From assembly GCA_026023565.1 (NCBI GenBank), contig JAPETS010000059.1, positions 110,817-130,816 on the forward strand: DNA of 20,000 bases, given 5' to 3'. Shown piece after piece: positions 1 to 11,021 of this stretch (position 1 is the first letter of the stretch; each line of letters opens with the position of its first letter). The notes beneath the pieces are model-generated. The model ran no database searches. It worked only from the letters and a program-made list of their open reading frames with translations, and was not told where the DNA came from. The stretch is from Cirrosporium novae-zelandiae (lineage: Eukaryota). A program made the translations under genes and the position numbers.

Positions 1-145
1 ATTGTCGTGATAAGACCGTGGGGTTGAAAGGTCTCATGAGAGCCCGCCTGAAGGTAGATGAAATGTCGTTAGCTTATATAGCTTATTGCTTATTGCCTGT
101 ACTTACTGGTTGGCCCGCTGGGGCTTTACTATTGCCTTTAGGCAT
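1..145 (-). CDS. 5' end of an unidentified spliced gene running off the left edge (MPKGNSKAPAGQP|AGSHETFQPHGLITT...)
   Basis: ATG at 145 with an in-frame TAA just upstream. Phase-0 intron 48-106 (GTAAGT...GCTAAC...CAG). The frame stays open to base 1. A second canonical intron at 168-221 (GTAAGT...GCTAAC...TAG) lies in the 5' UTR. No homology recognised. Confidence 0.55.
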
Positions 146-547
146 TCTGTCTGAGGGTTAGAGGAGCCTAAGTTTCTCGAAAGTTAGCTATTGATTTGTT
201 GTTCAAATATTATAGACTTACCGAAATTTGTAATATTAATTAATAAAATATGAGAATAAAAATAAAAACTAAAAAACAAAAACGAAAACAGTCCTCTGAT
301 AATTTATAATTACCTTGGTCCAACTTTCCAGCTATATAGGGCATAAATCAATACTTGGTTGACCCTGTTGCTGCCTGTGAAGTGCCAACCAACGGTCCCC
401 AATAATGACATGATATTGGCTCCCCGTCGAGGGCATCGCGTCAAGGATTCCCTTACCCCAGTTAACTCTTGGTCACCTTGCATTTACGGTTGCGCCCTGT
501 TGGAGCAAGGTGTAACATAACCAGTAGTTACACCAGAGCCTTTCTAC

Positions 548-690
548 TCAGGGAAGGGAATAGACCAGACTAGATCGGTCTGACATGGTCAAAATAACCT
601 TATGTTGGGATGGCATGGATCAGCAGTAAGGACGTTCACGACTGTTGCTGCACTTCAGACCGGTCTGGTCTGGTCTATTCCCTTCACTGA
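548..690. mobile_element. MITE-like element / long inverted repeat (36-bp arms, 71-bp spacer)
   Basis: 548-583 TCAGGGAAGGGAATAGACCAGACTAGATCGGTCTGA matches the reverse complement of 655-690 at 33/36 positions. No convincing coding capacity and no clear TSD. Confidence 0.6.
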
Positions 691-995
691 CAAGGAATTT
701 ACACTGGCTTCTACTCCCACCCCCCACCGTACACTAGTACTTCAATTGAATGATTGGAAATTCGATGACGGTTGTAGAGAATTTCTTGAAAGCTAAAAGT
801 ATATATTGATTTGAATATTGCACAAACGGTAATAGGAAAAATATATTCATTAGGTACCTTGCAAGTCCTTGCTTGGAGCTGCATAAAAAAATCGATTACA
901 GCTTTTCTTTATCGCTTCTCCTAGTAGCATTAGCTAACAGTCACAATAACCATCATTTTTCCATTCCCTTCTCCCCTAGTCAGGGGCATTACTCA

Positions 996-2131
996 CTATA
1001 TTCCCCCTGCCAGCAGATACCTCGCCGCATAAGTAATATGGTCATCAGCGAAACTGGACATTGTAAAGTAACTGTGATCGTAATCAGGTTGGAATCGGAG
1101 CATGATATCCTTGTCGACACCTGCTTCCTTGGCAGCCTTTACAAAATTCTCCGGTAAAAGTTGGCCTTGCTTGTAGAAATTATCCCCGGTACCCTACGTA
1201 GGGTCATTTGGATTAGCATTTCACCTAAAATAGAAGTAGTATGATATTGGAAGGAGGGGAATGGGACGTACCACATCGATTAGCAAATTCAATGGACCTT
1301 TCCATTTCTTCACAAGTTCAGTTGCATCATGTTCCTTCCATTTCTCGGTGTTGTCTTCACCAAAGTATCCCTTGAAAGCCTTCTGTCCCCAAGGACAGTT
1401 AATGGGGTTTGCAATAGGAGCAAAAGCCGAGCATGATTTGTATTTTCCAGGATTTCTTAGGAACTGGAACGACGAAGTTTAGTACTTGAGTATTAATTTG
1501 CTCCTTGTGTGACATCTTCTCAAAAAGTCTTTGTTTCCAGCCAGGATCATGTAGAGGAAGTAAATACTCACCAATGTTAATGCCCCATGTCCACCCATGC
1601 TATGCCCGCTGATACTAACTCTTTCCGAGTCTAACTGTTTGAAGTTGGAGAACACCACTTCAGGAAGTTCCTTTGTGATGTAGCTGTACATGTTGTATCC
1701 CTTTGTCCAAGGTTCCTTGGTTGCGTCAATATAGAATCCAGCACCGGTTCCAAAGTCCCAAGAATCGTCCTCCCCTTGAATCTTTAGGCCCCCTGAATTT
1801 CATTGAGAAATTAGTATTGTAACTTTCATGTCCTCCGTCCATTACGTTTTGGTTTCATCTACTTACTTGGGCTCGTATCAGGATATAGAATCGCAATGCC
1901 TTTTTCGCTAGCCCCATGTTGAAAGAATCCCTTCTCAGAGCAATTATCTCCCGTGCAAGTCAATCCGCTCAACCAAATTAACACGGGCACCTTGTGCAGG
2001 GGATCTGACGTCGCTTGGGGAGGTAGATATAGGTTGAAGTTCATCTCGCAATTGGTGACCTTGGAAGGGTGTGATAGCTTCAGAAGACGCCCGCCAAAAT
2101 TAGCAATGGTTGCTTTGGTAGTGATGGACAT
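996..2131 (-). CDS. S-formylglutathione hydrolase (esterase D family), 291 aa, 4 exons: 2131-1867, 1792-1572, 1463-1272, 1193-996
   Basis: Motifs [34 protein letters not shown] (catalytic Ser), [24 protein letters not shown] and YDHSY. Introns 1793-1866, 1464-1571 and 1194-1271 are all GT-AG and join in frame (876 nt). Stop TAG at 996-998. Confidence 0.96.
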
Positions 2132-2608
2132 GGTTGGTAACTGTTGTGAAGATTTCAATTGGAATAAAGACGGTTGTTTCAAGGCGGATGGAATGCAAGA
2201 AGAGATTGTCTGGGAGAGCAGGATATTTGAAGAGAAGCGTTAGAACTAATCATCTTCACGTCGATGGAAATAGTGATGACGTTCCCTGTTTGCCCCACTA
2301 TGAAGGAGGGGAATGTCCGAGGGAAGTTGAGGTGGGGTGGGAACAATTTACCCAAAAGATAAAGTAGGTGTGAAAATATCGAAATACGTTATCATTTTAA
2401 GACTTGACGGAATTCCTTTCCCTTTCAGGCGATAAGGAAAGTTTAGATTATTGATATGATTATGTGTGAATTTTTCATCGCCCTTTCACAACTCCATACG
2501 ATGACTCTATCTCTAGGCTTCTTCAATGCATCTGAATCCGATCTATGAGCGCCGCGCTATGCAAGAAAAACTCCACCCTTCCCATCATAAGGTATCCATT
2601 CCTTGACC

Positions 2609-5600
2609 CTAAAACAAATACATTGGAACTCCATATACAACCGGTGCAGCCCCATTAAGATATTTTAGCACGCAATCATCTCTTGATACCATGACGGCCT
2701 CAGTAAGAGATGTTCTCTTCACGCTTTCAACCTCTTCTCCTTTCCTTCCTTTGCCTTTTCTTTTCTTTGCATGATTTCGCTTTTGTTCCTCTGGCTTCGC
2801 GAATATTCCCCACCTCTCTAAAACGCCCATTCCAAACCGATCAATATCTTTATCTGTAACATCCCACAGAGTTGCCACGACCGCCGGGCTTTTCGCACAC
2901 GCATAAGTAATAGGAGTTCCGTACGGCTCGAATTCCCCTGCTTCGGTCAATGCACCACTGCTACATCCCATCAAGAGTGCAACAGCGCAACGGTCTAGTC
3001 GTTGAATCATTTTGCTTCGGATGTATTGGGCTCCACTTCCATGACCAAAGAAGAGGAAGAGGTCTGAATTCGAGAGCATGTCTTTCATTTCGGATTCGCT
3101 GGGATTGTGCTCAATGATGCCGGACCAGCCATCAAGACTGCGGAGGGGGTCTTGAAATGTTAACTGGGTATTTTTGAGATCCCCTCCGGGGTTTAGCACG
3201 TATGCTCCATTTCTGGGCTCGAGCACAAAGGGATCGAGTCCTTTGTTTTCTGCTTCTCTCTGTTGGTGGTTGAGGATATCACGCAGCGAACCTAATGATG
3301 GCACTCGGGAAACGGACTGTTCTTTTAAACAGGGTATGCTTTCCCAAGGGAAGCAGTGGAGTGCTTTGTCAAGAACCAAGACTGTATGAAACGGTGAATC
3401 GGATGAGCTCTCGGAAGCTAGTGCTTGATGATAGGAGCTAAGAGCATCAAGGGTTTCCATAACGACCTGCTTCGTTAGTATGGCTAGTTTAAAGTAGGAT
3501 AATGCACTTACAGAGTCAAAATCTATTTCATCATAAGCGTTTCGCTCTCCTTGGAATTGTAGAATGTCCAGGATATAGTAAAGCAGATCCATCAAATCAT
3601 CATCTAGGTCGTTGTCTTCAGTTGGTTCTCCTAGCCCGACAAAAAGCTCAAGAACTCGAGGATCTAAGCTCTGCTTGGTAGCACCCCTTTTCTTGCCGCG
3701 TTTTTGCCGTGATGGAAGATACCTGTCAAGGATACCATCAAACGTTGTAGAAAAGCGTGAAAGCAAAGTTGCGTTTCGTGGATGGTTGTTAAAAAATCCT
3801 CGGAATCCACCAAGCCAGACGCTTTCGATCTTCTGCAGGATATCTCCTAATTGCTTATCGAGCGCTTGACGATTACGCCACCATTCTGATTTTGCTCCTT
3901 TCCTGGTCATGTCACGAGCGTTATGTGTACTGACATTTGCAAGTCGAATCAATTCAAGAAGTTCAGCTTTTCCCGTATCAAAATCGAAATCCTCCTCTTC
4001 AATATCATCTTGGACATTGTGCCTGGTGAAAGGTATTCGGATAATAAACGGACCTTCTCCTGCATGAAGGCAAGAAATTACCAACGAGTTTCGACTTTGA
4101 TTGAGCGAAAGTGATAGGACTCTGAAGCTTTCAGGGAGAATATCAATATAATCTTGCTGGAACCTGACAGCGTCAAGCAGTTCACTACCAGTCAAATCCT
4201 GACAGGCGGCATTTGTTTCGAGAGGCCATTCAATGCGTTGGTTATAGGAGGACAACTCTTTGTCTATCCCGATAGCAGATAGATGACGGAAGGAGGCGAC
4301 TGTACGAGCGAGTTCTATAAATCGTTAACTAGTGATACTGGAAAGGAAGTGATAATTTTACCTGTAAAAGCTGTTGCCTGGAATGGATGTGATACTGCAA
4401 TGGCTTCAGGACCACCGAACGCACTAAGTAGTATGAGTATATCTATTATTGTGTTGCTGGCGTGATAGATTGAGGTAGTGGGACTGCTATCGATTGCGGC
4501 GTTAATTGAGGCTGACCCTTCTGCCCATGCCTGTTGCAAAATTTCCACATAGTTCTGGAGTAATGGAGATGTTGGCTTTTTTGCCTTACTTGCTACTCGA
4601 GCGGTTGCCGCCTTGCGTGGAGACCTGATGGCCTTTCTGGGACTTCTTGCAACGACCGCCTTTGCTCGAACCTTTCCAGTGGAAACGCCAGAAGGAAAAG
4701 ATATCGCTGATTCACATAACATTTGATGAACAGCATCTTTAGCTAGGAGCTTGAGTGCTGATAACAACAGAGCCTCTGCATTTCCAATATGATGCTGTGC
4801 CCTAATATGGCTCATCACAGGGACATCTTCAATACTCTTTAAGAGATCAACTGCAGCTTCGGGTTCATTCCTTGTGTTTAATGCTGCAGCCTGCATCCTA
4901 ATAATTTGTGTCCTTAGGATGTGAAAGAGGGTAAAGGTATTACTTGAGGTAGCACTGGTGAGCTTGGTTTGGGGTTGAGCTGCAAGCCTAACACGTCTAA
5001 CCCTTGGTTTCGTCGTCGACTTCGATGCATCCGTTCTAGCTCGTTTCCTTGTTGTCCTTGGCTTACCTTTCACAGATAATGCTCCCATCTTCTGCGTCAA
5101 GGAGTCATCCACGGCGGGATCCTTCGAGGATGGCTCGGTAGCGACTGGGATTGTGCCTATGGAGAGAAGCATCTTCTCCGCAAACTGATATGTCTCTTCC
5201 TCCTTGCGCCAGTTTTTCTGTAGACCATAGAGTTTTGCTCGGCAGCAGTGGAGCCTTACAAGGTCAATTCCCGATTCGAGTTCACCGCTAAGCTTTTCCG
5301 CTTCGCCGAGTGACCCATGAGCCTTTTCAAGATTCCCGGCTCGAGCCCAAAGTTCGGACAAAGCTGTTAAACTTCGTACACGTAGAGGAGTTGCCTGTAC
5401 AGCCTTGGCTAATTTTGAAGACTGTTCCGCATAATATAAAGCTTCCGGGAAAAGGCCATGATGAGAATAGAGTGCGGAGAGCAAGAGTAGACTTCTATGA
5501 GCTGGCGCGACCAAAGACCAGAACCTTGCTCCCTTGTTCATGACCTCCAAGGGTACTTGCGAAGGTGCACATTCGGTCGATTGGAGGGAAAGACTTGTCA

Positions 5601-8600
5601 TATGGGTAGTAAGAGATCCGATTCCACTGTCCTCAAAATGTTCGTCTGTCTTTGGAGCTGAATCTGCACTATTTTGCAATGTCTGCAGAACGGCCCATAC
5701 CTGACTATCAAGTTTAACGCATTGTCTACAAAAAGCGAGGGCATTTATAGCATCCCCTTGTGAGAATGCCAAAAGTGAACAGACGTAAGCTGCTTGTGAA
5801 ATTAATTCCCGTTCATGTCTTGACTTTGACATTGAGCTCCGGAAATCTTCATCGCAGGCAATAGCCCTAGCTGCTTGCAAGGCTTCACGACTAATATTTA
5901 TTAGTAACCACTCAAAGTAAAACGAGGGATACCAACCTTCTATCAAGACTTCCTACTTCTTCTAAATATTCCCCATAAGCCAACTGCCACCGTATAGATA
6001 AATGCGCTGAGATGTTCGAGTTACTAAGATATTTTTCAGTTCTTGCTAGCTCGTTTCCAGCCTTACTAGAATAACCAAGACGTGAGCTTTGTAATGCCAA
6101 ATCTACAGCACTCGACAGACGTTGGTCCTCGGTAGCATCCTCTTTCAGTTCAAATATCCGCACCAACAGATCGAGACCGCGTAATCTCATACGTTCCATG
6201 CCTCGCATATCTAAGAATTCAAGTAATGCCCTCAGAGTGGACAACCATCCATCAATATCATCGATATGCGATGTAATATCGCCCCATGATTTACTTTGAG
6301 ACGCGAGTTTTAACCATGTGTTAAGTGCTTCATTTAGAGATTCGGTTAATACAATGCCTTTTTGAAGTATATTCTTCACCGAATACATTGACCGAATATG
6401 GTCCTCATATTGTGCAAGTCCCATGTCTTGGCTTCCTTCGGAGTGAGAATATGATAGCCTTTTGACCATCTCGTCGAGAGGAACTTTTGGAAGGATATCC
6501 CTTTGAACCGAGGATAATTGAAGCAATAATAGCATGGCACGCAGACGTCTTATCGGGTATAAATCCGGATTGTACGCTATAAGAAGCTGATCAATTTTGG
6601 CGGAAATCTCCTCGATGCGAGACGAAGAAAACGTTATGCTAGGTGCCGATTTGCAGAGTAGTAGTAGTTGCCACTCTAGAAGTAACCCACGCTCCGGATC
6701 CGAAAGGGTTTCGTTGTCATAAAAAATAGGAAGTTTTGTTTCCTTTCTATTTCCTCGGGATGATAATTGGGTCCATGTCATTAAGACTCGTCCAAGTATA
6801 GAGACCTCTCCGGTTTTCCTCCACACTTCTTGCAGAGGGAGAGTATCTGCAAAGATGGCTGCTTTGCGTAATACTTCAACCTCAACGTGAGTTCTAATCG
6901 AAGATTCTAATGACCTCACAGCTTCTTTGGGGCGTCCTTCCGATTGGTATAATGCGGATAATCGTTCCCACTTGACTGCAAGGAAGCCAGTGTTCTTCTC
7001 TTCGATAGGTCGTTCAACTAAGATCTGAGCAGAACTCTCAAGAATCATCTTCATGTCAATCTCATCATCACCAGTTTGCTTTTGGTGAAGGTATATAGAC
7101 CAATAAAAATTTGATATCTGTACAAACAAGTGCTTCTCGGTATTTGTCTCTGGATCACTTTCGGCATCAGGAGTTTTATCTAGCCGTTTCGCAATGAGCT
7201 TGCATTCATGCAACATTCCTAGCAAGTCTTGTAGTGGCGGCTGTCGGCGTGTAAGTAAAGATTTCCCAACAGCCAGCGCAGATTCCACTGCAGATTGAGC
7301 TACATGCTCTGCTATTTGAAGCCGCTCTGCAACACGAGAATTTTCTTTTGAAGAAGTATCTTGGAGTACCGGGCTGGTAAGATATCTCTGCATAAAGCGA
7401 AGAAACGAGAAAATGTAGTCATTGCAGTGGTCTTGTAAAGCAGATAACAATTGCGAGTCTATCAAATCAGAGTGTGACCTGAGCTTGGTTGACATTACTC
7501 GAAGCACTGTTCGTTTTAAGATTGTTGCTTCTGCAAGAACTCCGTCTAATTCAGATGACGTTCCTTTCATAGAACTTCCGAGTGCTTCGATGACTTCAGC
7601 TAACTCATTCTCGGCGATACACTCCGTATCACCATCCAGAAACAGCTGCAACCGCAAAGTGGCCAGTTTACACTTTATTGTGCACTGTTTAGCAGGTGAC
7701 ATCCCTGAGGATTTATAAGAGGCAGAGATTTGGGTCACGAAATGAAGAGCCTCCTGAGTCTTTTTCGCATCCCGTGCCAGTTGTTCCATGGTATTATATG
7801 TGGTTATCAAGGAGGAGAAACAATAATCGGCTTCAGTTGCAGCCTCAAACTTTATAGCAGCCTCCCTCATTATGCAGAAAAAATGTTTCGCAGTCTTGTA
7901 CTTTTCTAGCTTCGAATTCGAACATCGACGGTTGAAGGCCACAAGACATTTAGAAAATGGGTCCCAAAGCTCCTTTTGAAGATCCGCATGGTGGCCAGAA
8001 ATATTCCACCACATTGTTCGCATATGCAATGCAATGCACTGCAACTTAAAACAGGTTTCGGGTGAAGGTCCAGTTTGTGAGGATGCCAAGATTGAGTCAT
8101 CAGAGCTACTGATCCTTGGACATATGGACATTAAGGCCTGAGAAAGAGTATGCAGCTGTTGTGCGGCTTTTGAGGGGGTAGAGCCAGGTTCTTTGGTTGA
8201 TCGGAGAACCAGAGTCGGAGGAGAAGAAGAAGGGTTTGACTGAAAGGACTCGACAAGCTCCTCCAGCGAGTGCTGCCCAGGATTCAGAGCAATTAGTCGC
8301 ACGAGATGGCTTTGAAGTGTAATTATCAGTCCAAGCACGGCACTACTAGCACCTTCGACCTTGAAAGTAAACAACTCCTTCATAGTTGATTTTTGTAGCT
8401 TCCGGGTTATAAGAGATGGCTTTGGCTGATTTCGACCGCGGGAGCGATTCGCGGTATCGGGCTCCCCATCATCACCCAGTATGGTATCGATTCGTCTCTT
8501 CAAGATCCTAATCTCTTTCCATGCTAGCTCCTCAAGATCCAGGGCGATAAGTTTTGCGATCAGCGCAGATGTCCCATTCTCTATTTGCAATTGTGTAGAA

Positions 8601-9190
8601 TTTCCCTTTGCGGCTGGACTATTTGACCGCATATACGCTAACGCTTCGTGGGCGCATTCCCCGATTATTTTTACCCCCGTGTTTGATCGGGCTCGTTTTC
8701 CCTGTGAAGAACTCTTTCTTGGGCTAGGTTGCTGGTTTGGATTTCTGTCTTGGAGGGGTTCTTTGGGCGGGTCGGTAGGAGGTGAAGTGCATCCCTTCGT
8801 GGAGCTCTTCACTATCTCATCACCATGTTGTCTGTGGGCTAGAGAATTTGACCTGACAGCTTCTGTGAGCGCTTTCAGGGCCGCATTGAAGGTTTCTGTT
8901 GCCAGCACACTCTTTTCTCGTTGTTCCAATTGCGAACCACCATTTTCTTTGGTCTCAAGTACCTCTACAGGTTCCTTTGTTCGCGACCTCGCTGTCGATT
9001 TAGCTCTTACTCTGGAGGTAGAGGATGAAACGGTATTCTTCTGTATTCTTGTTGTTGTTTGGGTATCATTTCGATTTGCTGGTCGCAGGAGGGCTTGGAG
9101 TTGATGCAAAGTATTTTCGGAGCATATTGTCGCAGACTTTACTTGTTGGCGAACAGAGGTAGCACAGGCTTGTAACGATGGAGCCGACAT
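2609..9190 (-). CDS. ESP1: Separase/separin (peptidase C50; Esp1/Cut1/BimB ortholog), about 2147 aa, 4 exons: 9190-5937, 5890-4362, 4314-3512, 3466-2609
   Basis: C-terminal C50 motifs WW..R..LD, FPWES, SRVPS, LNPGGDL..TQ, catalytic FGHGSG and LMGCSSG, LWDVTDKDID and GAAPVVYG. Introns 5891-5936, 4315-4361 and 3467-3511 have GT/AG ends and join the three large ORFs in frame (6444 nt). Confidence 0.96.
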
Positions 9191-9392
9191 TATCAATTAA
9201 TTAAGATACATGTAAAAGTAATTCATTCATGGTGGGTATCGGGGACTGTTGGGGTAGCTTGATATGTCAAAGTCACGTGCGTTGTTGTCAGAGTAACCGG
9301 TGAAAACCTCCGGGATTCAACCTCTACGGATTTGAAATATCTCGATGATTCAAGAACAGTTCCCATCCGGCGACTCCCAGTAATTTTTCAAA
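9191..9392. promoter_or_regulatory. Compact bidirectional promoter (202 bp between ATGs) with a GTCACGTG E-box/Cbf1-type site at 9272-9279
   Basis: Head-to-head starts at 9190(-) and 9393(+). The GTCACGTG motif is read directly from the sequence. Confidence 0.55.
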
Positions 9393-10104
9393 ATGTCAAG
9401 ACATAAACTATCAAAAACTTTTAGATGCCTCAACACAATCGCAAAGCCAAATGTAGCCCGGCCTGCACCACGATCAAATCTCCCACTCTTCAGACTCCCG
9501 CAACCGCAATCGATTAGATTCCAATCCACATCAAACGTCGAATCCTTTACAGAAACCCCCGAACCATCCTTCTGGACCTTATTGATCCCAAAAATTTTCA
9601 GAAGATCGCGCAAGAAATCGGAAGCCGAAATAAAACGAAAGAAAGAATGGAATCCCGCCACCTTTTTCATCGTCATGTTCTTGCTCATCGGATCCAATGC
9701 AGTTAATATGATGGGGTTAAGGCGTGAAGCGAGATTGTATAATCGAAAAGCCGATAAAAAGCTTTCCTTACTAAATGAGGTGATTGGAAGAATACAGAAT
9801 GGGGAGGATGTCGATGTGGAGGGATTACTGGGAAAGGGAGATGCAGCCAAAGAGAAGGAGTGGGAAGAAGGTAGGATTTGTTATTTCGGAAGCATATAGA
9901 ATCTCTATCTCTAATCTATGACTAGTTCTCAAGGAAATTGAAGAAGAAGACAGGTTATGGTCATCCTGGTCTAAGAAGAAAGCTAGTGAAAAAGCTGAGG
10001 AGCCTGCCAACAAAGCTGTGTCTGAATCCGAAATCCCGAAATTGAACAATACCGCATCAGATAGAAAGGGAAGCCCTACTAAGTCTCTACCGGGCTTCTT
10101 CTGA
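9393..10104 (+). CDS. Conserved fungal DUF5321-like protein, probably mitochondrial membrane, 218 aa, 2 exons: 9393-9870, 9926-10104
   Basis: Basic presequence-like N-terminus ending RFQST. Motifs PSFW..LIPK, EWNPATFFIVMFLLIGS (TM), LL.EVI.RIQ.GEDVDVE..LG.GD and EWEEVLKEIEEED, the last restored by intron 9871-9925 (GTAGGA...CTAAT...TAG). Stop TGA at 10102-10104. The family assignment is from memory. Confidence 0.85.
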
Positions 10105-10795
10105 GATACAAGGAAGTCATAAATCAGTTGTGATAAGTCCAGTAACTGGCAAAGTTACTACATCACTGATGACTAGTCTGGTGTGGTATCTAGGACGAGC
10201 GTCACTAGATGACGACATGGAACCAGTGATACTAAAACATAAAATATGTTAAGCTATTCCCGTCCAGAGAGACAAAGTGGGGAGGTACAGCGAGACATTC
10301 AGATATATAGTGAACATGCCCGGTCATGTGACGTTATGAGTTATGAGTTGATCGTAATCTAGACGATAGACAGCGGGAATCAGGTCTAGAAACCTGAGAA
10401 GATGAAAGATGCGATTGAAAGAAGACAATTGTCCTTGATAATGAACGAGCTAGTGCTGGTAATGTATATTTTCATTTGATTGGTTGCCTGTTCAGGGGTA
10501 TCCCAGTCTGGACACTACAGTATATGCGGTACATATTTCTCTTCTATTGCCATGCAGTCGATGTTTTGATAATAATGTACAACGTCCATGAATGGTTGAC
10601 GAATAGCAATAAAGATTCATGATAATTTCCTTCGTTTGATACCGCTCTCGCCTTATGCCACTTTTCATCCTCCGATGGCATGCCCTCAATCCATACTTTG
10701 GCCACATTTCTCAAATTTTCTCCTTTTATTCTTCATCTCCATATTGTTGAGTCCCAATCTTAAGTTTCGATTATTTTCATGATTACTTTCGACAG

Positions 10796-11021
10796 GTAGA
10801 AATGAAAGCGACCAGACCCCCCAAAAAACGAAACCTAGAAAAGTGACCTTGGGGGAGGCCTTCAAGCAAAATCAATTTTCAATAACAATTTAATTGAAGG
10901 CCTCCCCAAATCCCTAAAAATAAATTAATTATAAATATACAAAAATTGGTTTTGTTTGAAGGCCTCCTTAAAGTCACATTATTCTAGTTCTATCTTTGGG
11001 TCTGGTCGCTTTCATTTCTAC
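10796..11021. mobile_element. Composite MITE: outer element with perfect 24-bp TIRs enclosing an inner CTAG-bounded MITE (10835-10987)
   Basis: GTAGAAATGAAAGCGACCAGACCC (10796-10819) is the exact reverse complement of 10998-11021. Flanks TCGACAG (10789-10795) and TCGTCAG (11022-11028) are a 6/7 direct repeat (candidate TSD). The inner arm CTAGAAAAGTGACCTTGG...GGAGGCCTTCAAGCAAAATCAATTTT pairs imperfectly with 10942-10987. Confidence 0.8.

Noticed and set aside
602..1482. Short + strand ORFs (602-796, 873-1157, 1261-1482)
   Set aside because: They overlap the inverted repeat or lie antisense to the S-formylglutathione hydrolase exons, and show no protein-like features.
2132..2182. N-terminal extension MKQPSLFQ... 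on the hydrolase ORF
   Set aside because: It begins at a TTG. Family similarity starts at the ATG at 2131.
3174..9104. Antisense and alternate-frame ORFs within separase, including the 207-aa ORF at 8481-9104
   Set aside because: Shadow frames of a long coding sequence.
9350..10049. Minus-strand ORFs 9350-9850 and 9825-10049
   Set aside because: Antisense shadows of the DUF5321-like gene.
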